DNA from: Octopus sinensis
Lineage: Eukaryota
Direction of reading: 5' to 3'
Assembly (NCBI RefSeq): GCF_006345805.1
Contig: NC_043003.1
Coordinates: 92,194,001-92,258,000 of the forward strand
DNA length: 64,000 bases
In this document: one piece after another, positions 27,442 through 41,899 of the stretch
How positions within the stretch are numbered: position 1 is the stretch's first letter
Layout: every line of letters begins with the position of its first letter
The notes under the pieces: model-generated
The model's database searches: none
The model's input: the letters and a program-made list of their open reading frames with translations, nothing else
What the model was told of the DNA's origin: nothing
Program-made: the position numbers and the translations under genes

Positions 27442-29469
27442 TATATATATTATATATATTATATATATATTTTATATATATATATATAATATATATATAT
27501 ATTAATTAAGTATAAATTAAATTGTATATTTATAAAATATAATGCCACACGGCTTTCAAAAGTTTGGTAATTCTCTTTGATTCTTACCATTATCAGCCTC
27601 ATTATTATTTATTATCCTTTTCCATGCTGGTATAGGGACAATTGAATAGTCATAATTCCTTCTCACTTTCTTCCCCCTATAAATATATATTTATAGTGGA
27701 TATATATATGCAACCACGTGGTTTCTACTATAGCGCCAGGCCTACAAATGCCTTGTGAGTAAAGTTGGTCGATGAAAACAGCATGGAAACCCGTCATGTA
27801 TATACATATACATGTATATATACATACATATACATATATATATATATTCTTTTATTTGTTTCAGTCATTTGACGGTGGACATGCGACCATGCTGGAGCAC
27901 CGCCCTTAGTTGAGCAAATCGACCCAGTACTTATTCTTTGTAAGCCTAGTACTTATTCTATTGGCCTCTATTGCCAAACCGCTAAGTTACGGGGACATAA
28001 ACACACCAGCATCGTCATATATGTACGTATCTGTGCGTGTTTGTATTTGTAACCATCACCGTTTGAAAACCGGAGATGGTTTGTTGGCGATCTCATAACT
28101 TAGTGGTTCAACAATAAAGGAAGAATAGGTCCCAGACTTAAGGCAAAATAAGTACTGGGGTTGATATTTTCGACTAAGTTCTACAACGTAGTGCTCCAGT
28201 ATGACCGCAGACCAATGACTGAAACAAGTATAAGGAACCCCCACCCCCATTTATATATATATATATAAAAGAAAGGGAGCTGGCATAGGAATGAATGATT
28301 ATCTTAAGCACTTCATTAGCTTAAGGTGTTTCTGCTATGAGATGCAGTGGACTCATAAATGATTGCTTGAATAACACCTTATAGATTGATGGGCATCAGC
28401 AATGAGAAAAATCAGTAGAGATGTATATAAGAAAAGTGTTATGTCCAACATAACATATTTTAGGCGTAGGATTGACTGTGTGGTAAGTAGCTTGCTTACC
28501 AGCCTCATGGTTACAAGTTCAGTCCCACTACGCGGCACCTTCGGTAAGTGTCTTCTACTATAGCCTCGGGCCGACCAAAGCCTTGTGAGTGGATTTGGTA
28601 GACGGAAACTAAAAGAAGCTCGTCGTATATATGTATATATGTGTGTGTGTATATGTTTGTGTCTATGTTTGTCCCCTCAAAACCGCTTGACAATCGATGG
28701 TGGTATGTATACGTCCCCGTAACTTAGCGGTTCGGCAAAAGAGAGCGATAGAATAAGTACTAGCCTTACAAAAAATAAGTCCTGGGGTCGATTTGCTCGA
28801 CTAAAGGCGGTGCTCCAGCATGGCCACATTCAAATGACTGAAACACGTAAAAGAATACATACACAAACACTCACACGCACAACCCACAAGGAGAGAGAAA
28901 GAGGAATGCATGTATATATGTGTGTATGTGTATACGCACACACATCTATATACATACACACGCACAGGTATACGATGCACTTCTTTCGGTTTCCGTCTAC
29001 CAAATTCACTCACAACACTTTAGTCGCCCCGAGGCTATAGTATAGGACACCTGCTCAAGGTGACATGCAGTGGGACTTAACACGGATCCACGTGGTTGAG
29101 AAGCAAGCTTCTTACCACACAGCTACAACCGCGCCTATACACACACATATACATGTATGTATGTGTATGCATGCATGTATGTATGAATGCATGTATGTAT
29201 GCATATATGTATGCATACAAACACACACACATATACACACGCGCACACACACATGCACACACCTAGAGAAGTAGAAGGCAGTTCTGAAAGCCAATGTCCA
29301 AAGCTTTATGGTGGGAATTTTAATAAACAGAATGGTTGAGGAGGGAGGAAAGGAAATACGCAGAAGAGAATGAGGAGAGGGTAGAGAGAGAGAGAGAGAG
29401 AGAGAGGGAGGGAGGAGGTGGTAGAATGAAGTAAACTGAGTGTGGGTGGTTTATTACATTATTGACATC

Positions 29470-30310
29470 TTATCGTCATGATGACGATGATGATGATGAT
29501 AGTGTTGACGAAGACGACGACGATGGTGATGAGTGTGATGATGATGTTGACGGTGATGATGATGATGATGAGGATGATGATGAGGATGATGAGGATGATG
29601 ATGATGATCTCAGCCGTGGTCATTATTGTCACTCTCAATCGTCCTTCTCGCTGAATAATAATCATCCGCCCCGCACCTGCCGTCACTACCATCCTCACCA
29701 CCGTCATTGTCATTACAACTTCACCACCACCACCACCACCACCACCACCACCACCACCACCACCACCACCGCCACCACCACCACCACCACCACACCACCA
29801 CCACCACCACCACTAGCACAACCACCACCACCACCACACCACCACCACCACCACCACCACACCACCACCACCACCGCCACCACCACACCACCACCACCAC
29901 ACCACCACCACCACCACCACCACCACCGCCACCACCACCACCACCACCACTAAGCACCACCACCACCACACCACTAGCACAACCACCACACACCACCAAC
30001 CACCCCGCCACACCGCCACCACCACCACCACCACCCCACTAGCACCACCACCAACACCACCACCACCACCACCACCACCACCACCACCACCACCACTAGA
30101 CACCACCACCACCACCACCACCACCACCACCACCACACACCACCACCACCACACACCACCCCACACCGCCACCACCACCACCACCACCACCACCAGCACT
30201 AGCACCAGCACTACCACCGCCACTATCAACTCCAGTACCACCATAACCTCCACCAGAAATACCCCACAGCCACAATCAACATAACCACCACCATCACTAC
30301 ATCATCCACC
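29470..30310. repeat. Compound (GAT)n/(CAC)n microsatellite
   Basis: Visible trinucleotide arrays. Confidence 0.97.
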
Positions 30311-30358
30311 AGCATCATGAAAGCCAGTACTCACTTTGTGTCGGTGGGCGTTCGGCGA

Positions 30359-30488
30359 TATAAGCGGGGGGGTTGCCTGGTTGGGTGCTTCCGTTCATTA
30401 ATAACCAGTGAACAAGATGATGGCCAGTCATTTTGGATAGAAAAAGACCTCCATTTCAGAGCGTTTATTTCACAGCTAGAAGGTAAGT
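30359..30488 (+). promoter_or_regulatory. Putative TATA plus first exon ending in a strong splice donor
   Basis: GC-rich unique island, TATAAG at 30359, AAG|GTAAGT donor at 30483, followed by (CT)n. Confidence 0.3.
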
Positions 30489-30549
30489 CAATAGGCAATT
30501 TCTTTCTGTAACTTCTCTCAGCCTGCCTCTCTCTCTGTTCCTCACTCAT

Positions 30550-30624
<75 letters not shown>

Positions 30625-30868
30625 CTCTCTTTGTGTTCTGTGTTTCTCTTTCCATTTTGTAAGAAATTAGCAAGAATTATGAGTTAGAGTTTAGCTTTCA
30701 AATTTTATTCTCAGGAATACAAATCTAACTTGGAAATGGCATCGTTGTCAAAGTTGTAGACGTATGTAATACGCATATTATATATCTACATATATATATA
30801 TATATATGTATATATATCGCTAAATCCACAAGTTTTTTTATTCTCTTTCTGTCTATTTCCAAGTGTTC

Positions 30869-30904
30869 CTTTATGTTGAAGAGCGTAGGCTTGAAACGTA
30901 AAAG
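30869..30904 (+). ncRNA. Non-canonical hammerhead-like motif, family copy 2
   Basis: CTTT-ATGTTGA-A-GAGC(GTAG)GCTT-GAAA-CG-TA-AAAG within the same repeat family (about 30830-30995). Confidence 0.45.
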
Positions 30905-31330
30905 ACTTTCTCACTTTTCCGAGCGTTAAACTAATACACCTGCTTGTTGTTTATACATCTGTCTTCGTCTTTTGTTTTTCTGTAAATTTCAACTATATAG
31001 GCGCAAGAGTGGCTGTGTGATAAGTAGCTTGCTTACCAACAACATGGTTTCGGGTTCAACTCCACTGCGTGGCACGTTGGGAAAGTGTCTTCTACTATAG
31101 CCTCAGGCCTACCAAAGCCTTGTGAGTGGATTTGACTGGCGGAAACTGAAATAAGCCCGTCGTATATATATATATATATGTATATGTTTGTGTGTCTGTG
31201 AATAAGTACTAGAATAAGTACTAGGCTTACAAAGAATAAGTCCTGGGTCGATTTGCTCGATTAAAGGTGGTGCTCCAGCATGGCCGCAGTCAAATGACTG
31301 TAACAAGTAAAAGAATAAAAGAATAAGAGA

Positions 31331-31374
<44 letters not shown>

Positions 31375-31390
31375 GTATATACAAGTACAT

Positions 31391-31427
<37 letters not shown>

Positions 31428-31544
31428 TATATACTCACATATATATACACACATATATATATACACACATATATGTATAAATATGCCTATACGTATATAT
31501 TTTCTCACATACATTCATATATTTTAGAATATTTCTATCTATCT

Positions 31545-31760
31545 GAGGCGGTGAGCTGGCAGAAACGTTAGCACTCCGGGCAAAATGCTTAGAGGTATTT
31601 CGTCTGTCTTTACATTCTGAGTTCACTTTTTGCCGAGGTCGATTTTGCCTTTCAACCTTCGGAGGCGATAAATTAAGTACCAGTTGCATACTGTTGTCGA
31701 TCTAATTGACTTACCCCTTCCCCATAATTTCGGGCCTTGTACCTAGAGTAGAAAAGAATA
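31545..31760 (+). mobile_element. tRNA-derived SINE family B
   Basis: GGCGGTGAGCTGGCAGAAACGTTAG head and GCCTTTCA..CCTTCGG..CGATAAA..AAGTACCAG body. Other copies at about 330-495(-), 17925-18130(-), 20530-20750(-), 20760-20975(-), 50415-50630(+), 60785-60930(+), 61028-61215(+), 62470-62700(+), 62715-62910(-). Confidence 0.88.
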
Positions 31761-32671
31761 TTTCTATCTATTTATTTGTCTGTCTGTCTTTCTGTCTTCC
31801 CTACTGTCTACACACACACACATATATATATGCATACATACATACAAACATAAAAATAAGTTGAATAACGTATATTTTGTTTGTCTTGTTTCTTTCGATA
31901 GCGAAGTTTGTATTATATATTTCAGCTTTTTCTCTTCCTCTGCACTTACAAAAAAAAAAAAAAAAAAAAAATTACCACAGCACAGTAAAAACAAAAGCAA
32001 AAAAGCAAAGAAATGAAACTAATTTTGTCAATTGAAGGTTTTTTATTTTTTGCTCAAGAACATTATCGTAAGTACGATTTTACGATTGTATGAGAAACAA
32101 CCTGGCCATCAGGTGATGCCCCATTTTTGCAAAGATAGAAAAATAACCCCCAAAACAAAGAAACGAATGTACACAGATAACAAAAATGAAAAAAAAAAAA
32201 AGAGAGGCAAAAACAAGTTCTAGTTATATAAGTATGTAGACACTTGTTTGCGGACTTTAAAATCTATTTTAAGTGTATTAGTCTTGTGTAGTTTTAGCTT
32301 CAAGTATAATTTCCTACGTATGGAATGTATTGCTATTTTCCATTTTCAGCTTTATTGCATAAATATACTACACACAAAATCATCTATGTACATAAATGAA
32401 TATTCACTTCTTTAATGGGAAGGTATAAACAGTATTTTATATATGTACACACACTCATACACACGCACACATAAATTTGTATATATTTATGTATGTGTAT
32501 ATAAATATATGTGTATATATATATATATATTATATATATATATATATATAGAAAATAGTAAAAAGTGAAAAAACTACAGAAGGCTTGTTTTAAAAGGTTA
32601 AAAAATATATATTTGAATCACTATGTCAGAAGAATGTTATAATTTTTTTTCATACAATGACAGAGTTTTTG

Positions 32672-32711
32672 AAGAAATGACCGGTTTCGCGTTCAGCTTT
32701 TCAAATTTCTT
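32672..32711 (-). ncRNA. Minimal type I hammerhead ribozyme, U3-A8 core variant
   Basis: AAGAAAT-TTGAAAA-GC(TGAAC)GC-GAAA-CCGG-TC-ATTTCTT. 7-bp stem I, palindromic ACCGGT stem III, GUC triplet. Confidence 0.75.
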
Positions 32712-32795
32712 ACATCGTTATGATTTCTGTAGTTTTTTCACTTTTTACTATTTTCTATATATTCAACCACGTGCTTTCACACACCAACTTTCTCA

Positions 32796-32832
<37 letters not shown>

Positions 32833-33074
32833 GCACATACGCACACACATATATATGCACACAGACATTCAAACACACACATATTCTCATACATACACGT
32901 ATGTGGTTTGTGGTTTTAGCAAAGAATCTATGCTTTCGTATATTTCAATGTCTCTTCGGAATCTAAAATATTCTAAATCACTAAACACAGGAAAAATTAC
33001 TTCAGAATATTTCATTGTGATTCCAATGTTTACAATTAATTGGATGCATAACAGTTAAAATGATTTCTTCACAA

Positions 33075-33210
33075 CACGTGACGTCAAAACTTTTAATACA
33101 AAAATAGTAATCAAACACATCCATAATTCGACTCATTCAGACAGTAATCAAATATCTATGATTCGTAATCAGTCACCTATATATATACTTATTTCAGTGC
33201 TATTCGTCAT
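33075..33210 (+). promoter_or_regulatory. Putative Pol II promoter: overlapping E-box/CRE, TATA, Inr-like TCAT
   Basis: CACGTGACGTCA at 33075-33086, TATATA at 33178, TCAT 31 nt downstream. The paralogous copy has TGACG at 23011, TATAAA at 23076 and TCAT 29 nt downstream. Confidence 0.35.
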
Positions 33211-34534
33211 CTGACAACTAACCATGGAAATATATTTTTGCCATCATGGATAAAATCAGAAAATATGGCATACATTTATTAACCATCGTTTAGCTTTTAG
33301 TAAATTTCACGGTGCCAATATAAAATGAAGATGAATACTAATTTTTCAAACAAAAATACATTAGGCGCAGGTGTGGTTATGGGTTCGGTCCCACCGCATG
33401 GCACTTTGGGAGAGTGTCTTCTCTATATCTTCGGGCCGACTAAAGCTTTGTGAGTAACTGAAAGAAGATATCTGTTTACCCACATATATGTGTATGTGGA
33501 CTTTTGCTTATTCCGCTGTTGGTTTGCTTACGTTCACGTAATTAGCGTTTCTGCGAAAGAAACCGATAGAAGTATCAGACTTTTAACAAATAACTACTGC
33601 GGTTGATTTGTTTTACTAAACCTTTCAAGGCGATGCCCCAGCATGAGCGCAGTCTAATGACTGAAGCGTGCAAAAGATGAACGATTTAGCCTAAAATCAA
33701 ATAAAACAAATTTCTCATTTGTATATTTGCATTACATATATGTTATTAGTTTTCAAAATTTTATCAGCACAATCGCAATAAACAGCATTGGAAACCTATG
33801 TCTGCACAATTTCATTAAAGGAATGCATTTTTCAGAAAATTATAAGACACTCAAATTGCGCCTCTTATGTTTACTTTCTCTTTGAATGATGTGAAGTATG
33901 ATTAAGGAAATCACTCACTCACTCACTCACTCACTCAACCAACCAACCAACCAACCAACCAACCAACCAACCAACAAACAAACAAACAAACAAACAAACC
34001 AACAAACAACCAATCAACCAACCAAAATGTATTTGGGCTGTTATTATTATAGGGCAATTTTTTAAATCTCAAAAATTGCTTGATTTTAACCTTATTTTCA
34101 TACTTTGATAGGCTTTAACATTATTATTAATGAATTCATAAACAGCAGGGAGTTCACTCTAGTTTTGATTACTTTATGATATACTAGTTTATATGATATA
34201 CTATCAAAACTATGATATACTATCAAAACAATTTTAAAAATAACTGTTGTAGAAATTTATTATAGTACAATATGATATATGCTTTATACTTGTAGGCAAA
34301 AAATTCCTGTCTTTTGCAAGCATTTTTTCAGCATCATAAAACTGCTTTCTACAGCGGCTGATGTCGCTTGACATTGTATCAGATTTTCATATTCCGTGGG
34401 TGAAACTTTACCAACCACATCGTTCCGGGTTCAGTCCCACTGCGTGGCACCTTGGGCAAGTGTCTTCTACTATAGCCTCGGGCTGACCAAAACCTTGTCA
34501 GTGGATTTGGTAGACGGAAACTGAAAGAAGCCCG

Positions 34535-34571
<37 letters not shown>

Positions 34572-34842
34572 TAAATGTGTATGTGTTTGTGTGTTTGTGT
34601 TTGTACCCCCAGCATCGCTTGACAACTGATGATTGTGTATTTACGTCCCCGTAACTTAGCGGTTCGGCAAAAGAGACCGATAGAATAAGTACTAGGCTTA
34701 CAAAGAGTAAGTCCTGGGGTCGATTTGCTCGACTAAAGGCGGTACTCTAGCATGGCCACAGTCACATGACTGAAACAAGTAAAAGAATAAAAGAGTATAT
34801 GCAGACACATACACACACATACAGAGAAACACACACACCCAT

Positions 34843-34877
<35 letters not shown>

Positions 34878-35179
34878 CATACACACACACTTTCATGTAC
34901 AAACGTAAGCATATCCATATACACACAAACATGCATTTATATAATTACATATAAGCATATGTATCCTACATTTACATATAACTGCAAGCACCCAAGTAGT
35001 ATAAATACACACACACACATATAAACATACATATATATTCATACATACTTGTATGTATGTATGTATGTATATATATATAAAGGTGTATTTGGTCTTACTT
35101 GCCACAAATTGATACCGCATGTTTAGATATTTCATTCATTCTTTCTAATATATGTCTGTTTATTTATGTCGTATATTAA

Positions 35180-35265
<86 letters not shown>

Positions 35266-35319
35266 CACTTAATGCCACGACATAAATAAACAGATATTAG
35301 AAAGAATGAATGAAAAATC

Positions 35320-35353
<34 letters not shown>

Positions 35354-36858
35354 CACTTAATGCCACGACATAAATAAACAGATATTAGAAAGAATGAATG
35401 AAAAATCTAAACATGCGGTATCAATTTATGGCAAGTAAGAGCAAATACACCTTTTTGTTGAATAGCTGTGCAAATATGGTGCATAAGGTCATTGAGTAAG
35501 GATTTCTTCCAGAGAAGAAGAATTAAGGAATACCCTTAATAAAGTATATTAATAGTTACCAGTTCCATCGTCGAAGTATTAAGGAATATCTTTAATAAAA
35601 AATGAAAATAAACACCACTAACCAAGAATTTTGATGCCAAATCACTTATGTTCTGACTTCACTGTCTGATTTCATGCACTTAGCACTGGTATAAAACTGT
35701 GAGCAATTTTCATCCATTTGTGTACACAGCTGGACAATAACATAATTATGTTTTGCAAGTTTTATGCTAACAAAGTGAAATGAGCTCAGAATTCTTAATC
35801 TAGATTGAATCCTTAGCAACTGGATGTTCATTGCCTTCATTGCCCATCCAATGCAAAGCCTTATATTATACCGAAAGTGATGTCGTATTCCTTCCAAGAT
35901 GTACATCACTATCAGCACATATTTAATTATTGGATCTGTGTCTGGTACAAGTTTCCTTATCCGCTTGTTGTTGATATGATGTAAAAGTAGTAGTAATATC
36001 TATTTGAACTGTGACCCATGTATTCTTGGTTGCAATGACAGTGTTCTTGTAATTTCTAAGCATTGCGGAGTGACTCTTGCTCTCGCTCTTTGATTAACCA
36101 ACAACCTCTCACTTTTATTGTCTTCTACCGTGAACATTATATTCCATAATGGGCCTCCATATCTTTTCCAAAATAAATTATGGATTTATTTAAAAACAAA
36201 TGTTTAACGAGTGTACAGTCCTTAGCGGCCGTCATAAAAAGCAAAATACCAGTCCAGAACGGTGAGTTGGTCGAATGCTAGAGAGACCGCAAATAAGCTT
36301 TTTAGTATCTGTTTCGACTCTGTGAGTTTTTGGATTAGTGGATGCAACTCTGAATAATTCTATCAAGATCTTTAACCCATTCCTTAGTCCAACTAAGAAT
36401 TGTAGTATTGTAACGGATGGCCACCACAGCTCAGCTATTGATAGCTGTGATCAATATTCTGAAATGCATTTCTCTCTTCAATAATTTTTTAGATTTGTAA
36501 AATATATATTTATTTCACATTTGTTTTCATATCTCTGTTTAAAATACTATCAAATTCTAGTATATTGAGATACACATTGCTAACTCTTTCAGGATCATCG
36601 TCACTTTTTCCAAATGTCTTTTCAAGGTAGCTATAACATATTTTGAGCTGTCAAACTCCAATTCAAAACCCTTGTAGGAATAATATACAAATTGCAAACA
36701 CAGTTTTATTTTCGGATACTGTGAACAACTTTAAATCATTTGAAAATAAAAATTGGGCTAATTTCATGGGCTTCTTCTCCAAATTTGTGTCCAATCTATT
36801 ATCATCATCATAATGATCATCATCATCATCATCATCATCGTCGTCGTCGTCGTCACCG

Positions 36859-36949
<91 letters not shown>

Positions 36950-36951
<2 letters not shown>

Positions 36952-37410
36952 GTTTGACTTTTGTTTTGTATTTGTACAAGTTGATTCCAAGTCTCACCCA
37001 GAGACCTCAAGAGACAACAAGTTAGAAGTTCATGTTGGTGTTATGCCTAGGGTGTCATATATTTTGTTTTGCACATAATATTGTTCTAGAGAAAGTTTAA
37101 GAAAACGTCAGAAAATTATAAGTTTGTTTTAAAATTTGGGATTACATAGACAGTATTTTACGTAGGATATGGGCAGTTCCTATGAGCAATATCTTTTGAA
37201 TTTCTGCCATTTTGGAGTTTCCTTTTATCTGAGCTAAGTAGCAACCAGCCCTTTTTGCTATCATGCCTAGGGCACCTATAACAACAGTTAGTGTTTTAGT
37301 CATCAGGTTCCACATTTTGCTATTTTCTATTTCAAGATCTTTATACTTGCTCAGTTTTTTGTAGGTCTTGACAGATACATTTATATCGATTAGGACAATC
37401 ATATCAATGA
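36950..37410 (-). mobile_element. 3' end of Dong/R4 LINE (same family as about 8870-9303)
   Basis: KLSKYKDLEIE..VVIGALG..GTAHILRKIL plus a matching 3' UTR; adjoins (TTA)n. Confidence 0.9.
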
Positions 37411-37439
37411 GGAGGCATGATTTATACAGTTACTTGTAT

Positions 37440-39562
37440 TTCTTTCCATTATGTGTTTTTCGTAATTTTGGTAATAATGTCTGGCCTATTTGCAACTATT
37501 TTTCTGTCAGTTTTCAAACAGGGATCTTACTGCTGATAGGCGGAAATACAATTTACCAACAGTTAATGAAATAGCTGTGGTCTTCAGCAATACTGACTGC
37601 GAGCCACCATTCAACAGAAATTTCAAGGTTTACCTAAGAAATAATGAAGTCCGTAATCAGTCTGAACATTCTTAGCCCCAACCTTGACCCGATGACGTTT
37701 GTATTGTTCTTTCCATATGGAGAGCCTAGATGGCAACCGCATTTGATTGGTAATAAAAACTCAAAGCAAAATATTACAATGCTCCAACATAATGTATCTC
37801 TTACAGAAGTTAGAGATGGTGAATTCAACCCAGTTATTCATGGAGGCAAGTTCTTCCAGCAATGTGCAGGAGATACTTATCTGCAAGTTGAAGGTAACAA
37901 TATAAATTTTGTGAAGAACCATCAATATAAGTTAAAAGTAGAACAATACCGTGGTCTTGCTGATCATTTACGGAATACTGCTAATGCTGCAAATGCTTAA
38001 GTAGGACGCACAGTTATCTTGCCTTCATCATTTCAAGGCTCCCTAGGAATATGCATGAGCGCTATCAAGACGACATGACTATTGTGCGCATTAGTACATA
38101 GTCCTCCTGATATCTTCCTCACAATAACCTGTAATCCTAATTGGCAAGAAATTAGAGAGAATTTACTTCCAGGCTAAACTTCATCAGATAGACCGGACTT
38201 GTTAGCCCGTGTATTCAGTATAAATATGCATGAACTCTTGAATGGCATCACTAAGAAACGTATATATATGCTACACCATTGAACTTCAAAAGAGGGGCTT
38301 ATCACATGCCCACCTGTTGATCATTTTTCACCCTGATGATAAATTGGATGATTCTGAAAGAATTAATTAAATTGTCTGTGCCGTGATTACGGATCCCGTC
38401 ACTGAACCCTTACTATATGAAACAGTGAAAAGGCGCATGATCCATGGCCCTGTGGTGATCTCAACCCTATTGCTCGCTGCATGGAAAATAACAAGTGTCT
38501 TAAAGAATTTCCAAAGGAGTATTAACAAGAGACACGGATAAACCCAATCAGCTACCCTTTGTACAGGCGACATCGAGGGACATTAATTCGCGTTCGCAAC
38601 TATGCAATAGACAACCGATGTGTAGTGCCCTGCAATAAATATCTGTTCAATGCTCATATTTGTGTTGTGATTTGCCTCTTCGTCTCCTCTGTGAAATATA
38701 TTTACAAGTATATCTACGAGGGATATGACTCAATCAATGCTAACATCAATGGAACAACTTCAAACAATGAGATTGTGAAGGATGAAATACACAACCATTT
38801 AGATGTTAGGTATTTTAGTGCTCCTGAAAGTATGTGGCGCCTGCTTGAGAATAAAATGCATGATAGTTATTCGTCTGCATGTTCACCTGTCACAAGAACA
38901 GCTTATATACTTTGAAGAGGGTCAAGAGAGACAGGCACTTGAGAGAGCAATACAAAAGAACACACCACTGACAGCTCAGCGCCAGGTCTATGAACATATT
39001 ACTGCAGCCATCAATGACGATGAAACACGGAGTAGATTCATTTTCCTCGATGGCTCTGGAGGTACGGGAAAGACTTACCTATACAATACATTGATAGCTT
39101 CTCTAAGAAGGCAAAACAAGTGTGTCCTTTCCTATGCTACTACAGGCATAGCTGCTAATTTGCTCATCGATGGAAAGACTGTTCATAGTAGACTCAAGCT
39201 ACCCGTCCTATTGCATTATATATACTTCCCTTTAGTATGAGTAGACGACAGTTTCCTTTTACACCAACATTTGCAATGACTATAAACAAATCACAAAGGA
39301 AGAGCTTCAATAATGGTGGCACCATCCTACCATTACCAGTATTCAGCCATGGACAACTTTATGTTGCATTGAGTAGAAGTGGAAGCAGTAACAATATTAA
39401 AATGTTGGTAAAGAACCATCCAAAACATGGTGGACTCGTTGCTGGTAGGGTTTCACTAAAAACGTGGTGTTGAAACAGTTATTAAGATAAAGGTTGTAAT
39501 CTTTTAATTGTATTTACCGTAAAATTTTCATGCCATCATTTCTGGCGGCATGGGAACACTAG
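37440..39562 (+). mobile_element. Decayed Helitron (Rep/Pif1 helicase), internally deleted
   Basis: LPTVNEIA, DPMTFVLFFPYGE, TCNPNW, SSVKYIYKYIY, DGSGGTGKT, FAMTINKSQ, VFSHGQLYVALSR. 3' hairpin CATGCC...GGCATG followed by CTAG-T at 39559-39563. Confidence 0.93.
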
Positions 39563-40179
39563 TTTATATGCATATAAATACAAAGCGAATGTACGAAGTA
39601 CGATCATTGCTAGAAATAGAAGCCGGTAAGTGATCGGCGCTATGTAGAGTTTCCTATATTCACCGCCCGCAAACATCTCTGCCTGTAAACATTCAATGAA
39701 GCTCTACATAGCGCCCAAAACGTACTGGCTGCTATTCTAGCAATGATCATACTTCGTGTACATTCGATCTGTATTTATAATTCTACCTTTTATGGTTCTT
39801 TATTCTTGGTGGATAGTAATATTTTTCCATAATATTTATATCTCTTGTATATATATATATATAATAATATATATATATATAAATATGATTGAACAAAATA
39901 TTACTATCCACCAAGAATAAAGAACCTAAAAGGTAGAATTATAAATATACAAGATATTTGTATATACTTATATATACGCGTAATGTGTATATATATATAA
40001 TTAGAAGAAATAGCTATAACTCTTGACTGCTATTTCTAAATTCGGTATTGGTTAAGGCAATTCGTTGCTAAACCTTTATTGCTTAGTATTACTAAATTTT
40101 CCTCGAATGAGGCTTTTACATGCCGAAGACTACTTGGTGTAATTGATAATTATCCAAATAATTAATTTTCACCCTTCAT

Positions 40180-40198
40180 TATATATATATATATATAT

Positions 40199-40249
<51 letters not shown>

Positions 40250-40284
40250 ATTATATATATATATATATATATGATATATATATG

Positions 40285-40320
<36 letters not shown>

Positions 40321-40390
40321 TGTATATATATGTATATATATTCACACCACACACACCACACACACACATATATATATATATATATGTATA

Positions 40391-40433
<43 letters not shown>

Positions 40434-40444
40434 CATATATGTAT

Positions 40445-40501
<57 letters not shown>

Positions 40502-40776
40502 CATACATACATACACACACACTCACACGCATATAAGTGTGCAGTATATTTTATCTTCTTCCTTCAGTCATTAGATTGCGGTCATGCTGGGGCACCTCCT
40601 TGAGAATTTTTTTTACCGAATGAATCGAATTCAGTACTTATTTTTTTCTAAGCCTGGGACTTATTCTAGCCGTCTCTTTTGCAGAACCGCTAAATTAAGG
40701 GGACGTAAACACACTAACACCAGTTAGTGATGTTGAGGGGGACAAAAACAGACACAAAAACATACACACATAGGTA

Positions 40777-40864
<88 letters not shown>

Positions 40865-41119
40865 ATATATATACGACGGGTTTCTTTTGGTTTCTATCTA
40901 TCCAAATCCTCACAAGATTGGAAAACAAACTTCTTACCACACAGCTACGCCTGCGCCTCTATAATACATACATACATACATACATACATACATACATACA
41001 AACATACATACATACATATACATACATACATATATGCATACATACATACACACATACATACATACATATATACACATACATAAATACATAATACATACAT
41101 ACATACATACATACATACA

Positions 41120-41153
<34 letters not shown>

Positions 41154-41275
41154 CACATACATGCATACACACATGCATACAAGCATTACATACATATATA
41201 CATACATACATACATACATACATACATACAAACATATGTATACATATACATATATATGCAAATATATATGTATAT
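40180..41275. repeat. (TA)n/(CA)n/(TACA)n microsatellite region around a SINE
   Basis: Visible arrays. Confidence 0.95.
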
Positions 41276-41289
41276 CTGATTTGACTTGA

Positions 41290-41845
41290 TTTGATCTAGT
41301 TTCAGCTCATGATCTGTGGCCATGCTGGGGCACCGCCATTTGGTGTTGCTACATAATTACTTCATGAATGGTTTTTAGGAATTGACACTTGGTGCATGAG
41401 GGAGAGTTGATGCCGCTGCTCTCATCTGCACATCCTGCTGCGAAGTTGGTTCATCTGAGACACTTGATAGTAAGAGGTCCAGTTTCATTATATATATATA
41501 TATATTATAATATATATATATATATATATATAATATATATATATATATACATACATGTATTATATATACATGTATATATATATACACGTATATGTAAATA
41601 TGTATGTAATATATATATATATACATGATGCGGATGTGGACATTTTCAAAAAACATCTAGACAAGCTGCTTTCCGGGATCCCAGATGAACCCACTGCAAG
41701 GTACGAAGGTAACCTAAGGGCAGCAGCTACAAACTCTCTCTTAGATCAGTAGCCAGCCACGGCAAACTGGACTTAGAGAGGGTAGCAACAAGGGCGGTGC
41801 CCCAGCATGGCCTCAGCCGGATGGCTGAAACAAGTAAAAGAATAA
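41290..41845. mobile_element. Two CR1/L2-like LINE 3' tails in opposite orientations
   Basis: Plus: FKKHLDKLLSGIPDEPT..RAAATNSL (41625-41845). Minus: LDLLLSSVSDEPT..RAAAS (41290-41490). Both end in the GGCGGTGCCCCAGCATGGCC tail. Confidence 0.7.
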
Positions 41846-41856
41846 AAGAATATATA

Positions 41857-41899
<43 letters not shown>

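Noticed and set aside
28300-28365. HHR-like trace in a dispersed repeat (also 49450-49497, with ACAGCTGT-A)
   Set aside because: The CUGANGA core cannot be placed in either copy; at most a decayed relic.
29459-30253. Long poly-D/T/H/P/V ORFs
   Set aside because: Translations of trinucleotide microsatellites, open in several frames on both strands.
35460-36200. Coding-like minus-strand stretch
   Set aside because: Interrupted by stops with no motif I can assign.
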